Notes under the pieces: model-generated
Seen by the model: the letters and a program-made list of their open reading frames with translations, nothing else
What the model was told of the DNA's origin: nothing
Database searches by the model: none
Source of the DNA: Amphiscolops sp. MND2022
Taxonomy: Eukaryota
Assembly: GCA_964187785.1 (NCBI GenBank)
Contig: OZ076409.1
Location: forward strand, 2,792,001 to 2,856,000
DNA: 64,000 nucleotides
Direction of reading: 5' to 3'
Shown: piece by piece, positions 1 to 12,700 of the stretch
Numbering within the stretch: the first letter of the stretch is position 1
Layout of the letters: each line of letters starts with the position of its first letter
Program-made: the position numbers and the translations under genes

Positions 1-989
1 TGGTCAGGTGAGCCCCTGTCGCCGCGCGCCCCTTCCTTCAGAATTTTAGTCTCTTTTTCCGGTACCGCCGCTTCGCGGCAGTTCCGCACTTCGTGCGGCC
101 CGCTGCGCGGGGGCTTGTAGTAACAACAGAATATTATAGGGGTTTGTTGCACTAGGACTTGTTGTGGAAGGGTATGTGGTTGGTTTTTTCTATTGATCAA
201 AGACTTTTGAGAAAACAGCATTTCGTCAAAATCTGAATTTTGAGAAAATATAAGTCTTTTCTTGTGCAAAAAACCCATTTTTCTCAGCTTTGGAGATATA
301 TTCCCTTTTTCTAATGCTTGTGCCATTCAAACCAATCTAGGTACCAATTACTTGTTGAAAAAAACCGTGCTAGAGAAAATGGGCTACTGGCAAAAGGAAT
401 CAGAATTTGGAAGAAAAGGTAGGCTGCTTTAAAGCATCACTAGGTTCATTGGGGTTAAGGCCTAGGGCTTTTTATAGAGCAGTAGCATTAATCCGTACTT
501 CAAAGGATATCTGATGTCTTTTGTTCTACCGATTGCACGATTTCGTTCACGCATATGGCATTGAAGTTTAGCAGTTGACTAACAAATTGTTAATGCACTG
601 TTTAGGAAAATTTGTTTACACAAAAGTTTGGCTTAAACTGATTATTCGATCGCTTGTTCACGCATCTCGAAAACCATTTCAGTCTCGACCTGCGGTCTCG
701 ATTGAAATCAATTCTCGATGCATGAACAAGCCATCGAATAACTAGTACTTAACTTCCGGTAATGGAGAAAGTTTTCACGATTGTTAAGGTCAGTTTGAAA
801 AACGTTTCAAAATTTCTATGAAAAATTTTGGGTGGTGGAAGGAAAAGAGAAGAGGGACTCATTGTTTCGAACTACCTACTTGCATGTATGAAGTTAATCT
901 TTACTTAGGGTATCTTTTTGAGCAAAAGTTTCGTTATTAACAAATGAGAATGGTTAAGAATGATTCACCATTATGCTCTTTTATTGTAC

Positions 990-1476
990 TTTTAGTCGGC
1001 GCTTTTCTTTAGAAAAGAGTCGACTGTAGTCATGGCTTTTCGTCAGTGTTTTTTAAAGACCACCTGAACTGACCAAAATAGTTCTACAAAATATTATTGC
1101 ACCAAATTGCACCATTTGGCCTAGCGAACTTAACCAAAAAGGTTTTTACTCTTTTCCCGCGTAACATACCATACCGGGCGAGACCAAAGGGTCCCCCCTT
1201 TTAGTTTGTTTCGGCATTGTGAGGCTTTTTTTCCGAAAAAAATTTTTCCCCAAAGGGTCCCCTTTTCAATTTTTTTTACTGTTTTGCGACAGAATGGATG
1301 TTGGAAACCCCCAAAGGGTCCTCCCTTTCAGTTTTTTTCGGCAGTGTGAGACTTTTTTTCCAAATTTTTTTTTTCATAAAAGGGTCCCCAACTCACCAAT
1401 ACTTTGACATATTGAAGTCCTTTTGCTATTTTTGAGCCTTAGATATGGCGCCGACTTGGGCCGGTCCCGGCTTGTT
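990..1476 (+). mobile_element. Helentron/HINE (DINE-1-like) non-autonomous repeat, apparently full copy
   Basis: 5' TTTAGTCGGCGC and 3' GCGCCGACT subterminal inverted repeats, 3' hairpin GCCGGTCCCGGC then TTGTT, internal AAAGGGTCCCCC/CGGCATTGTGAGAC repeats; several more copies in the window. Confidence 0.65.
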
Positions 1477-2020
1477 GTTCTAATTTTAGATTTCTATCCA
1501 AATTGCATGATTTTCTTATAATGATAAAGTTGACGTGTTCATTTGATAATCAGTCTCTGATTGGTGCCGATTAACATTCTAGTATACCAGTAAGCCAATT
1601 GTCTTAAAAAACAGGCCTAAAAACAGCACTAAGTTTTTTGCAATTAGAATGAATAATCAACTGTCTCCGGATAAATACAGAGCTTCTGACGAAATCTCAG
1701 GTACCAAAATTAGAGCAATTGAACTGTAGATCAAATTTCACGCATCTTCAGTAGTTAAATTGGCGAAATAACGACTCTTGACCTAAAAACCCGCCTGTCA
1801 AATTAACGTAAGCATCGGTTGCTTGACTTATCAGTTGTCAGCATGTGAAATATTGTGCTAGTTAGTTTACCAGAAATACAAAAGGTTAACTTGTCCGGAA
1901 AAATGCTACAAATTGTTGAACAGGGGGGGGGGGGCTTTAAGAGGGGGGGGATTGGTAGTGTGTAAAAATGAATACATGTAAAAAAGGGAAAAAAAGTAAA
2001 GAATGGGTGACTTATATTAC

Positions 2021-2323
2021 CTTTCATAGGAAGCTGGATTTGTGATAAGAATCCAAGGAAAGAGGGAAAACTGACAGATGAAAATGAGGAGAGCAAATGA
2101 AACGTAAACTATTCCAATTCCTTCCAAACGCAGCCACCAGAAGAAAGTTTGGTCGTCCAATTTGAAATAAAAACTTGTAACGTTTACACCCGGCTGAACA
2201 TCCATTTTGGGCACGCGGAGACGCAATAACTCCCCCAAGGATTCATTAACAGGAAGCAAGGAATCAATTTGCGCGGGAAACACAAAGTAGGACCCATTAA
2301 ATGCGTAAAATGAGACCAAACTC
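2021..2323 (-). CDS. PCDH15: PCDH15-like exon K (MAD-like domain: SLVSFYAFNGSYFVFPAQID...); 3' boundary uncertain, possibly two exons 2138-2323 and 2021-2070
   Basis: Acceptor ATTTCAG|G is phase 2, matching exon J; strong donor AAG|GTAATA at 2020; a possible internal 67-nt intron at 2071-2137. Confidence 0.65.
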
Positions 2324-3241
2324 CTGAAATGAGGTGTTTGATGTTAACAGCTTGACAGCAATTTCAGCCGAAAAATTAGTGATTAAAAAAATAATTTGGT
2401 TACTTTTCAAAGTTTAATGATCTGTCTTTGTTCACTGATCGGCTCTGGGTGCAAATTTTCACGTCCAGATTTGTTTCTTCTTGAATGAATCTGAAATTAT
2501 TCTCTAAAGTGGAACTTCAGTTTTAAAAAATTCCAAATTATACATATAACCTCTAAAATGTTTATTCAATACGACTCAATGCGTTTCTCGCAAGATCTTA
2601 CAAGAATCTTACAGAAAGTATTTTTTCTGGGATATTTGAGATCAATTAATTAGGATCTTTTAAGACTCCGAAAAATCTTTGAAAAAATTGTCATTCCTGA
2701 AAGATTTCACATTGGATCTTAAGATGTTAAAGAGTAACCTATAACGAAATATACAAGATTCGTGGAAGAAATGTATATTAAATTATCTACATGCAAAAGA
2801 AACCATCTTTCAAATCAAAAGATTGGATATTGGAAGTCGATGATAGCTGACTCAAAATTATCACAAATCAATTGATTATTTTCATTTGAAAAAATGTCCA
2901 TGTTTTAATGAGAAGTTTGGAGATTTGAAGATGGAGGACATCATGTAAACTTGTGATTTCAGTTGATGTTAAGGACTTATATCAAGTATTTATACCCGCT
3001 GTTTATATAAATTTTATTTGTTCAATTTGAATTTCCGCTGTTCTGTTTGAACTTCCGCTAGGCATGGATTTTTTATGTCTTCAATTTGAATCTCCAATTG
3101 TTCTATTCGAATGTTCAAAATGTTCTATTTGAATTACAAAAGGTGTAATACTCCAAACTCCAAAGACAATCGTAGTTAAATCTGGATTAAATCAATTGAC
3201 TCTCGGAATTTTCCAATATACGAAAAATCCGGTTTTGTCTG

Positions 3242-3714
3242 TGTCATGACAAAGTCATGGACAATTGTATATTAACAACAAAATTTCGTTGAAGTACAGA
3301 TGACAACCAATCACAATGCCAGCCAATCACAACTCAACACGCTGGACCGACCAAAGAAGAAGGTGGACGAGCGGATCAGTAGAACGGAGAGTCCGAGAAC
3401 TTGCTTTGTTCGAATGCTCAATTGGGTAACTTCTCCTTTGCTCAATTCTCTAACTTTAGAAAGAATACAATTTTGGGTAGAAAGATTTGTTTTATTGTAG
3501 CGATAAAGAAAGTTAGATTATGATGAGATTAATTTAGTACAGTTTAGTTAGTACAACAAGTTCTCGGTCTCTCCGTTCTACTGATCCGCTCGTCCACCTT
3601 CTTCTTTGGTCCAGCGTGTTGAGTTGTGATTGGCTGGCATTGTGATTGGTTGTCATCTGTACTTCAACGAAATTTTGTTGTTAATGTACAATTGTCCATG
3701 ACTTTGTCATGACA
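3242..3714. mobile_element. Palindromic 473-bp TGT...ACA element with 5-bp TSD (Ginger-like MITE or fold-back solo LTR)
   Basis: ~160-bp near-perfect inverted arms (3242-3403 / 3557-3714); GTCTG duplicated at 3237-3241 and 3715-3719. Confidence 0.85.
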
Positions 3715-3792
3715 GTCTGGAAAAGTTGAGGAAAATGTTGTTTGCGAATAAACTTTCTAGCTTCTCTCACAAGTGCCCATTGATATACTCAC

Positions 3793-3881
3793 TGTCGCAA
3801 ATCTTCGGAAACTGAGAGGAGAAACGAGAGGTCAGCATTCACTTCCCAGAAAAGCAGTTCTTCGTTTGAAGCAACGACAAC
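3793..3881 (-). CDS. PCDH15: PCDH15-like exon J (start of the membrane-adjacent MAD12-like domain: VVVASNEELLFWEVNADLSFLLSVSEDLRQ); not in the ORF track
   Basis: Acceptor TTCCATTCGTAG|GTT, donor CA|GTGAGT; 89 nt, phase 0-2, bridging exon I and exon K. Confidence 0.8.
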
Positions 3882-6070
3882 CTACGAATGGAAAAATCAG
3901 CTGTTATTTCAACGAGTAAAGCTAGCTGTTTCATGTTTTGAAAATGTCGCCAAAAAACACTTATTTCCAACAAAATGTAGTTTTGTATTCATTCGTCTTC
4001 TTAGCGAAAGTAATCGACTACAACCTTCGATTTTCAGAACAAGCTGTTGTCAACTGAATAGTTTTAATTTTTCAGTTTTTGATTTATTTGATTGTCATAA
4101 TGGGAACAAACCAAAAGGACCCTATTTACAAGACATCTGAAACGGAAGCACAAGCGTTCATGAAAAAATTGTTGAAATAACTGAAAATTATTTCGACATT
4201 ATTTCACAAAGACAGCTCATATATGGTTCGAAATGCGGATAAGTTTGTTGGAAAAGAAACAAGAGGACCCTTTGATTGATGCGTGCATTTAGGCAGAAAG
4301 AGTTTGGCTGTTTGGCATGGAAAAGCGTTTTGAACTTTGCAACGTTTTGGTCACTTCGACAGGGTTGAAAAAACGCAACGAAATAATCTATACAATAGAC
4401 GGGTTTATTCCGTGAAGCGTTAGCTGAGAGCTCACTGAATGTTCCAACTTGCTTTGCAGTTGTTGATGATCGCCGAGGTTTGAAAGTTTAGTTTTCATTT
4501 TCACTTCAACTTCTCGGATTACTTTAAGTCGGATCGAATATTTGTTTTAGTTGGTGCTTTTAAATTGAAGGATAGCGCTTCTGTCTAGGTTGTGGTCGCG
4601 GAAAACAGGCTGAAAATCAGAAGTGATACACATTGACAAATAAAGGAATTTCTCTGGAAGTTTTGCTGAAGAAAATGCTTCATCTCTCCATTGTTTCAAA
4701 AGACTTTGCTACCTCTATTAACTGAAGGTCAAGGCAGCTCTGTTGTGAATCATTGTTAGTACCCTCTATCTGGATAACTCGAGCTGGAAAAAACTATTGT
4801 ACTATTCTCCGACGACATCTTGAAAGCGGAACTCCAGCTATAACCAGAGATTCCACCTTGACAGTTATGATTTTATTGTTCATCGATATTCTATGTCTTT
4901 ACAACTTGGACAGTACGGGTCTAATCTACAGTAGTTATATTCTAGAAGCAACATAGCACGCGGAATGAAAGCAAATAAACAAATCTCATTGGCCGATCAA
5001 GGTCAATTGAACAAAAAATATTTCAAAAATTTTGAGCAAAAGTAGACCAAAAGTGAGAAAAACCTCCATTTTGACCTAAATTTGGCTAAAAATGGCCTAT
5101 CGTAACTTCTACAATTTTTATCGCATAATCTTTGAATAAACATATTTTTAAACTAGATAAAAATCTAAGAAACTTTCACTTTTATCATTTTTCAAAAATC
5201 GCTGCTGTTTTAGAGATATTCGATTTTGAGATTTGCCTTTTGTTGATTTTAGAAATATCACTACTGTAAACCTGGTACGGTGCGTCAGTTTTGTGACGAA
5301 ATGTTGAAGTCGTAGAACAATGCAACATTTTCGTTCTTTTTCTGGTTTGAACGCAGTGGTGGTTTGCAAAGGCTATATATCGTCTTTTATCTCTGGTTTT
5401 CCGCTTACAGTACAGCAGTTTCGCCACAGAAATCGAAAGTATGAAGGTCCACAAAATGTAAGGTGCCGCGGAAACTGTATGTAGTGTAACATGGTTTGCA
5501 AAACATTGGCTGGAACTTTTGGCAAATTTGCGCTGTTCATTTAGTGGGGCAGGAACGCCTATAAATGGACGTTTTAATGATTGTTCAGACCATTATTTTG
5601 AACTTTTTTGGTGTTGAGGTTGGTTTGTAGTTTTCCCCTGGCCAAAATTGGCCTTTGTTTTGCAAAAAAAAGGTTTCAGCTTCTCATGAGGCTAGTGTAA
5701 ATAGTTGAAAATGTTTTGCTTGAATTTTTTCCGTGTTCATCGGTTGATTAAAAAATCATGCTCAGATTGAGTACCTGAACAAGTCATCTCTGCTACGTTT
5801 ATGTAACTAATATCAGTAAAATTCTGTTTTTTTTTCATCGATCTTACCTTGTAACTTTATCATGAAAGCTGATTGAATTATTTTTCAGATTTTTCTGCTT
5901 CGACCACTTTTAGAAGCAGAAATCCATAATGTACCACGCCTTCCGACAGGTCACATAAAAGAAGTGAATTTAAAGTGACTCTGAATTTTATCTTCCGTCA
6001 CCCTTAAATGAGAAATGAGCGGAAAAAGAAAAAAACGAACTGCTGACGAACATGCAAATATTTGTCTGCT

Positions 6071-6600
6071 TTTAGTCGGTGCTTTTCTAGAGAAAAGAGT
6101 CGACTATAGTCGTGGCTTTTCGTCGGTGATTTTTCGATACACCTGAAGTGACCAAAATAGTTCTACAAAATTTTAAGAAGACGCCAAATTGTACTTGTTG
6201 GCCCAAGGAACTGAACCAAAAAGATTTCCAGCGTAACATACAGTACCGGACGAGACCAAAGGTCTCCCTTTCAGTTTTTTTCGGCATTGCGAGACTTTGT
6301 TCGGAAAAAATTTCCCATTTCAATTATTTTGGAGGTTTGCGACAGATTGGATGTTGGAAAATCCCAAAGGGTCCCCCTTTCAGTTTTTTTCGGCATTGCG
6401 AGACTTTCCCAAAAGGGCCCCCCTTCAATTTTTTCCAGTTTTGCGACAGAACGGATGTTGAAAAATCCTAAAGTGTCCCACTTTCAGTTTTTTCGGCATT
6501 GTGAGACTTTTTCAAAAAGATTTTTCGGGTGCTGTAGAAGAGAATACTTTGGCACTTTGAAGTCCTTTTGCTATTTTTGAGCCTTGATATGGCGCCGACA
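6071..6600 (+). mobile_element. HINE-like repeat copy lacking the 3' hairpin
   Basis: Colinear similarity to 990-1476 from TTTAGTCGGTGC to GATATGGCGCCGAC. Confidence 0.65.
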
Positions 6601-6653
6601 TGTTCTATCTTATCTAAGAACAAGGGAAATATTCGTAAATTTTGTGAGCTGAC

Positions 6654-6854
6654 CTTGACAAGTGTGAAGGAAGTGTGATAGCCGTCTGAGACCTGCAGTT
6701 TCAGGGAGAACTGTTGTGCGAAGTGTGTGTAGAAGGTGTTGGCTGTCCTGATGACTCCCGTCTGAGGGTGCACTACGAACCAGTCAGCTGCCATCTCAGG
6801 GGTGACCTCTTTCAGGGAGTACGACAAAAGGTCATCGCTGTCAGCGTCCGTCGC
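6654..6854 (-). CDS. PCDH15: PCDH15-like exon I (EC11: ATDADSDD...FVVHPQTGVIRTANTF...VSDGY...VK)
   Basis: Acceptor TTGCAG|GCG, donor AAG|GTCAGC; 201 nt, phase 0-0. Confidence 0.9.
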
Positions 6855-9777
6855 CTGCAATGCAAAAGGGTAGGGTTGGAAAATGGGGGGGGTGGTTAGT
6901 TTCAGAGGTCAACCTGTTGAGTTGTTCAAGTTCATCAAATAATATAGAGATAATGTTATCATTTTCCGCCCACATATAATGGGAGAGGAAAATCAAAATC
7001 TGTGTTGCGTTTTGTTTCTGCCAAATCACCACTTTATTACTCCATTTAGTTTGTAAATTTAGCAGCCGATGAGAGCTGTTTTTGTTTTCCTCGGAAGTGG
7101 CTAAGTGTTTCGCTGGAAATTGGTTGTTTGGGTAAAAATAAGAGTTAATTGCCTTTTCAGTTATTTCGTGAGGACAAGCTTTTAGTAATACTGAAACTAC
7201 CTAGCTGCTCTTGAAAACTGCGTACGTGCTTCATCGGGCGATGCCTTTTTGAAAACTTCAAGGCTAAAAAACGTAACGTGAATGATTTTTTAAATTTCGT
7301 TTGAAAAACTCTTCACTTTTTTGAACATATTGACTAAAGAAACGTGACGGGAAAAGCTTTTTTCACGCTTTCGTTCTTCATATACACGAGATGTAGGTTT
7401 TATGAAAATCAGAAAAATGATGTTGAACTGTTGAGAGTGAAAAATTTGAACCATTATTCCGAAAGTTTTTCGCAACTTGATAGTTTTTTTTTCAACTTGA
7501 TATAATCATATTAATCTTGTCTAATTTTTCACCAAGATTTTAAAACGTAGTAGATTTTTTTCCACAAAAACAGATTTTTTTATTGCTGGAAATGTTCAAA
7601 ATGTTAATGAAGTGAGTTAATTTTGCGCTGTCTACGTGTATGTTGAATCGTATTTGAATTTTTCTTGCAAGATTTCAACACTTCGGAAACTCAAATTTTC
7701 AATGGAATATTCCCAGATCGCAAATCTTCAAGCCATTTTGAGCAAGCTAAACGCTGGGAAAAACTCAGCATTGAGATCATTTCATATTTTCTCGATACTT
7801 TATTATATTTTTCGAGACACATTTCTGTTGAAAATTCATTCGAAGCTCTGTTTAACAATTTTCAGCGGTTTAGTTTCAAAAATTCTGTAGCCTTGCAAAA
7901 CATTTCCTTTCATATTTCCTTGTATATTTGGAGTGCTAATTAGCGGCACTTGAAAATGCGTCAAGCTTTTTTCTTTCGTTAGCAGGTGATTGATTTCAAC
8001 AAAGATTTTTGACGTTACACCAATTTATATTTGTCAGCAAAAAAGTGTCTCAAGATTTCTGCAGAATGATTGCCGCAAAAACATGAAAGAAACGCAATTT
8101 TTGACAAGAGGGCATTTGAACAAGAAAAATTAACTTTGACGTCATCAAGTGTTCTGATGACGTGAAAAACAACAAGATAACAAAGTGTGAAGTGGGCTCC
8201 CGTTCAAGGCTGAACCAAGGCGAAGTTTTTAGAACCTGTCAGGGCGTTTTGAGGAAAAAATATCGAAAATATAGGAGTTTCGAAAATACCCAAATTTTGG
8301 TCTCAGAAAATGGTTTTCTCTAACTGAAAACATTGAAAAAGCAAAACTGGTGGAAAATGTTTCTTTTTTCCAATTTTTTTATCATGAAGTGTTGAAAAAC
8401 CTCAATAGTTTTGAGGTAACGGGGAACATGAAAAACCGAAAGAGGAACCTTTGGGAAAAATGAAACATTTCGAAGTCGCACAGTGCCGAAAAGTGGAGAC
8501 CCTTCCGTCTGCCATATAGTTTTGAGGAGACGGTAAAACTAGGAAACTTTCAAGGGGAGTACCATTTCGTCCTTTGAGTACCCTTTAGTTCTTTGCCGTA
8601 AAGTTTGTAAAACAAATGGATCAATTTATGTGAGGTCTGTGATCTGACAATTAAAAACTTGCCACTGTAAGAGTCGGACACGTTTTGTTGCAAAAAGCAC
8701 TGGCTAAGAATACAGTCTATCAAACATAAACGAAAACTGTACCATATCATTTTAAAAGTATACCATTTACGTTGTATAATAATCCATGAAGATCCAAGGA
8801 ATCATGGATGTTATCCATGAACCAACATGAATCATGGAAGAATATTTAATAACATCCAATAATCATATATGATTATTCATAAAATCAACTCTTCATAAAA
8901 CATCAATACAGGGCAGACAATTTATGTAAGATTATCCCAGTGAACGGAAACAGTGTGTTATTTGTTCGAAAATATCTTCTCAAAAACTGTGTTGATTTCC
9001 TATGAAAATGTTACGATAATGTAATTTTTCTCTGTTCTATGCGATTTTTGTCTGATAAAATCCATCTGAGAATTAATTTCAAACAAACAATAAAATTTAA
9101 AGAATATCTGTCAAGAATGTGCATATAGGTTTGTGTAAAAATATCACATAAGTTGCTTTTATAAACTTGTAGAAGTACATATATGCCGCTATAGCGACAA
9201 CTCATATCATATCAAGCCACAAAGCATATAAGGCGACAATTCATATCGATTTGAAAAAGCGACAAATCATATCAAGCGATAATTCACATCAATTAGGCAA
9301 AAGCGACAACTCATCAAGTTTGCCAATAGATTACGAATGCCTAAATTTTACTTCAAGAACAGATTATCAAAAAACAAAATCAACTGCAATTACAAATTCC
9401 AAAGTTACACTGATATTTACCATAAACTCTTGCTACTATTTTATAATTTCTGATAATTATTCATCAATTATCTAATTTTCTCTAAATATCTGATGAATTA
9501 TTTGGAGTAACTTTTGTTATATCGTGAGAGAGTGACCTGGACTCTCGAACAGAACTCACAAAAGAACATTTAAATTTTTTAAATTGAGCATGTTGTAAAT
9601 ACATACTATCAACATCATAAATATACACATCAATAAATAAACACCAAACATAAGTGTAAAGGGGTTTACTCGAGAGCAAAACGTTTGCCACAGGGTCTTT
9701 ATCTATTACAGTATTGCTCAACAATTATCTTCTTTGATTCGTCATCAAGAGACTATAACATGACACTGCGAGACATT

Positions 9778-12700
9778 ATGGACTCGAGCAGGGGAGCAAC
9801 CTCGAGAAGTCCGTCAGCTTTGGCGGGCCTGCCAGTATTCTGGGACACCGCTGAATTGCCACCCAAAACAGAGTGGGAAAAATGGCGGGATTTATTTGTT
9901 GTAGCAGTCAATGCGAAACACTCAATTTCTGTACAAGAACTATTGAGAACACCAACTGAAGACAATCCAAGATAAAATGCATTAATAAACATGAGCGAAC
10001 AAGCCGCCGAACGGAAAGTAGTAAGCATTCTATTCCTATCACTGGGATCAGCAGGACGAAAGAATCTTATAGATCGACATCCATACTTAGTTATTTCAAC
10101 GGCGACACTAGCGGAGAGGAGAGAAAAATGCGATCGAACATTCAGAAAACAGCGAAACCGCACATTGAAGCGATTCAAATTTTTCTACAGAAAGCAACAG
10201 AATATCGAAACATTGCGACAGTTTTGGAAAGCACTAACAGAATTAGCGGACCGATGTGACTTCGAAAACCAAACAGAGAGCCTAATCATGGATGCAGTCA
10301 TCCAAAACATGCATAACAAGACCATGCAAGAACGGTTGTTCCAAAGAAAATCCACAAGAGGCATTACGATTCGCAGAAGCCTTCGAAGAAGGCATCAGCC
10401 AGCAGAAGAATTTCAGAGGGGGAAACGAAGTAAAAAAAGAGCCAATGTACGCAATTGATAATAAATGGAAAAATCCATGCACGAGATGTGGGATGGAATT
10501 TGTACAGAACGATCTAATGACATGCAAAGCCAAAAACGAGAAGTGTAGAAATTGTGGGATAACTGGCCTTTTTAGGCGGATGTGCAAACGCCCCAAAATT
10601 GCCAATTTCAGAGGAATTGGCAGATCTTCCAACAGAGGCGGATTACGCCGAGTAAATATAATTGGACAAACAACGGACCAGTCAGAAAGAAGCTCAGAAT
10701 GGGACGAAGACAATGTGGTGCTGAGACTGGACGGGACAGGTATACCACCTTTGTATTAAACGGACGAATTAACAAACAGTCATTCACAACCATGATCAAT
10801 TCTGGATAACCAATTACCATCTTCACAAGAGACGACGTACGGAAGATATTGATAAGCGATGTGATATTTGCCAGACCACTGCCAAAGAATGAAGAAATTG
10901 GAAAACCACTAAATCTAGATGGTTCCATCAACGTGGATGTGCAGGTGGCCAAGCGAACTATCAAAAGAGCGCGGGTAGTAATTGCCAGAGACGGAAAAAA
11001 ATCACTAGTGGGACGCGAATGGTTGACGCAATTAAAAATATAGAGTAGCGGAAGCAAACAAAGAAGGTGAGTGTACCAATATTGTAAGTAAAAAAGAAAG
11101 TAAAGTATAAACGTCACCAGAGCTAAAAAGTATTCACCAAAAATTTCCTAAGGTTTTTAGCAGACAAGGTAAGATCACGGGACACACAATAAAAATCGAA
11201 TCCAAAGAAGGGGCAAGAGTAACACAACAAAAGGAAGGAGAGTACAACTGCAACTGCAGACAGCGGTCGATGCGGAAAAAAAGCTGACTGGCTGCAAGCC
11301 ATATCAAACGAGTGCATAAACTAACAGATGGTATGTTAATCCAACCAGTCGTCATTACAGTCAAGGAAGACCGAAGTGTCAAAATAGCACTAGCTGCCGG
11401 GTCGCTCAACAATGCCTTAATAAAGAACAAATACCAAATGCCAAACCTGGAGAACTTGATGGAGAAAGTGGGAGAAATAGTGAACGATAACAAAGGCGGC
11501 GAAGTGTTCTTCACATCACTCAACATGCAATATGCGTATGGACAAACAACCCTACATCCCGAAACAGCGAAAGACTGTAATTATCAGATTGTGGGAGGTG
11601 AATCAATGGAAACCTACGCATTCAACACGGTATATTACGGGCTAACAGTCATGCCCCCCTAGTTCCAGAAAATAATTGACCAAATATTACACACAACAAA
11701 GAACACATTTACATTTATAGGCGACATCCTCATCGTCACAAAGGGGACGAAAGAAGAACATATGACACAAATGGAAAACGTGGTCAAAGTTCTGGACAAA
11801 GCATGGGTCCGCCTGAAACTGCAAAAATGTGAAATTGCGAAAAGAAACACAGAATGGCTGGGCTACAAACTGTCAGAGGAGGGCATAAACCCGGTGGAAG
11901 AAAAAGTCCAGGCTATAACAGACAAACTCTGGCCAAAGAACTTGAAAGATTTAAGATCGTTTATGGCGGCAAAAAATCAAATGAACCAATTCATTCCTAA
12001 TTTGGCAAATCTATGCGCCCATTACGACCACTGCTGAAAAATGACAAAGAGTGGAGTTGGCAAGAAAAGAACGAAGAAACTTTCGACAAAATAAAACAGG
12101 CAATAAAGGACTTTACAGAAATTAAACACTCCAAAAGAAACCTACCCCTTCGAAGAATTTGTTACCCTAGCAAGGAAGATTTGGGGGTTTTCCTTCAACA
12201 GCCAAACGATGGAGAATGGGAAACCTCCCATTATGCTCCAAGGTTTCTAACCGAACTTTAAAAAAAGGACTCGATTAATGAATTTGAGTTACTGGCGGTA
12301 GTATGGGAAATAGAAAACTTCAGGAACGTGGTATATGGAACAGAATTCGAGGTTGTTTTCGATCACGAAGCCCTCATTACCATATTAAAAGACAATAGAT
12401 CGAAGAAAACATTCTCATCAAGGTTAACGCGATGGGTGGATAGACTGCTACCTTTTCAATGTAAAGAAGTTCATGCACCAGGCCGTACAATGGGGATGGC
12501 AGATTACTTGTCCAGGCACCCATCCGAATCAAACAGCAACGAAAATAAAATTAAAGCAAAAGAGATATGGCACATGGGAGTTATGGCTGGTTTAAGGTAA
12601 ATGAAATAACAAAATCTGATGCATGTGTTCAAGAAAATCAGAAGCCACAGCAAAAGCAGAATCTACCAATAGGAGCGAAATTGGCAAGTGCGAGCGAACA

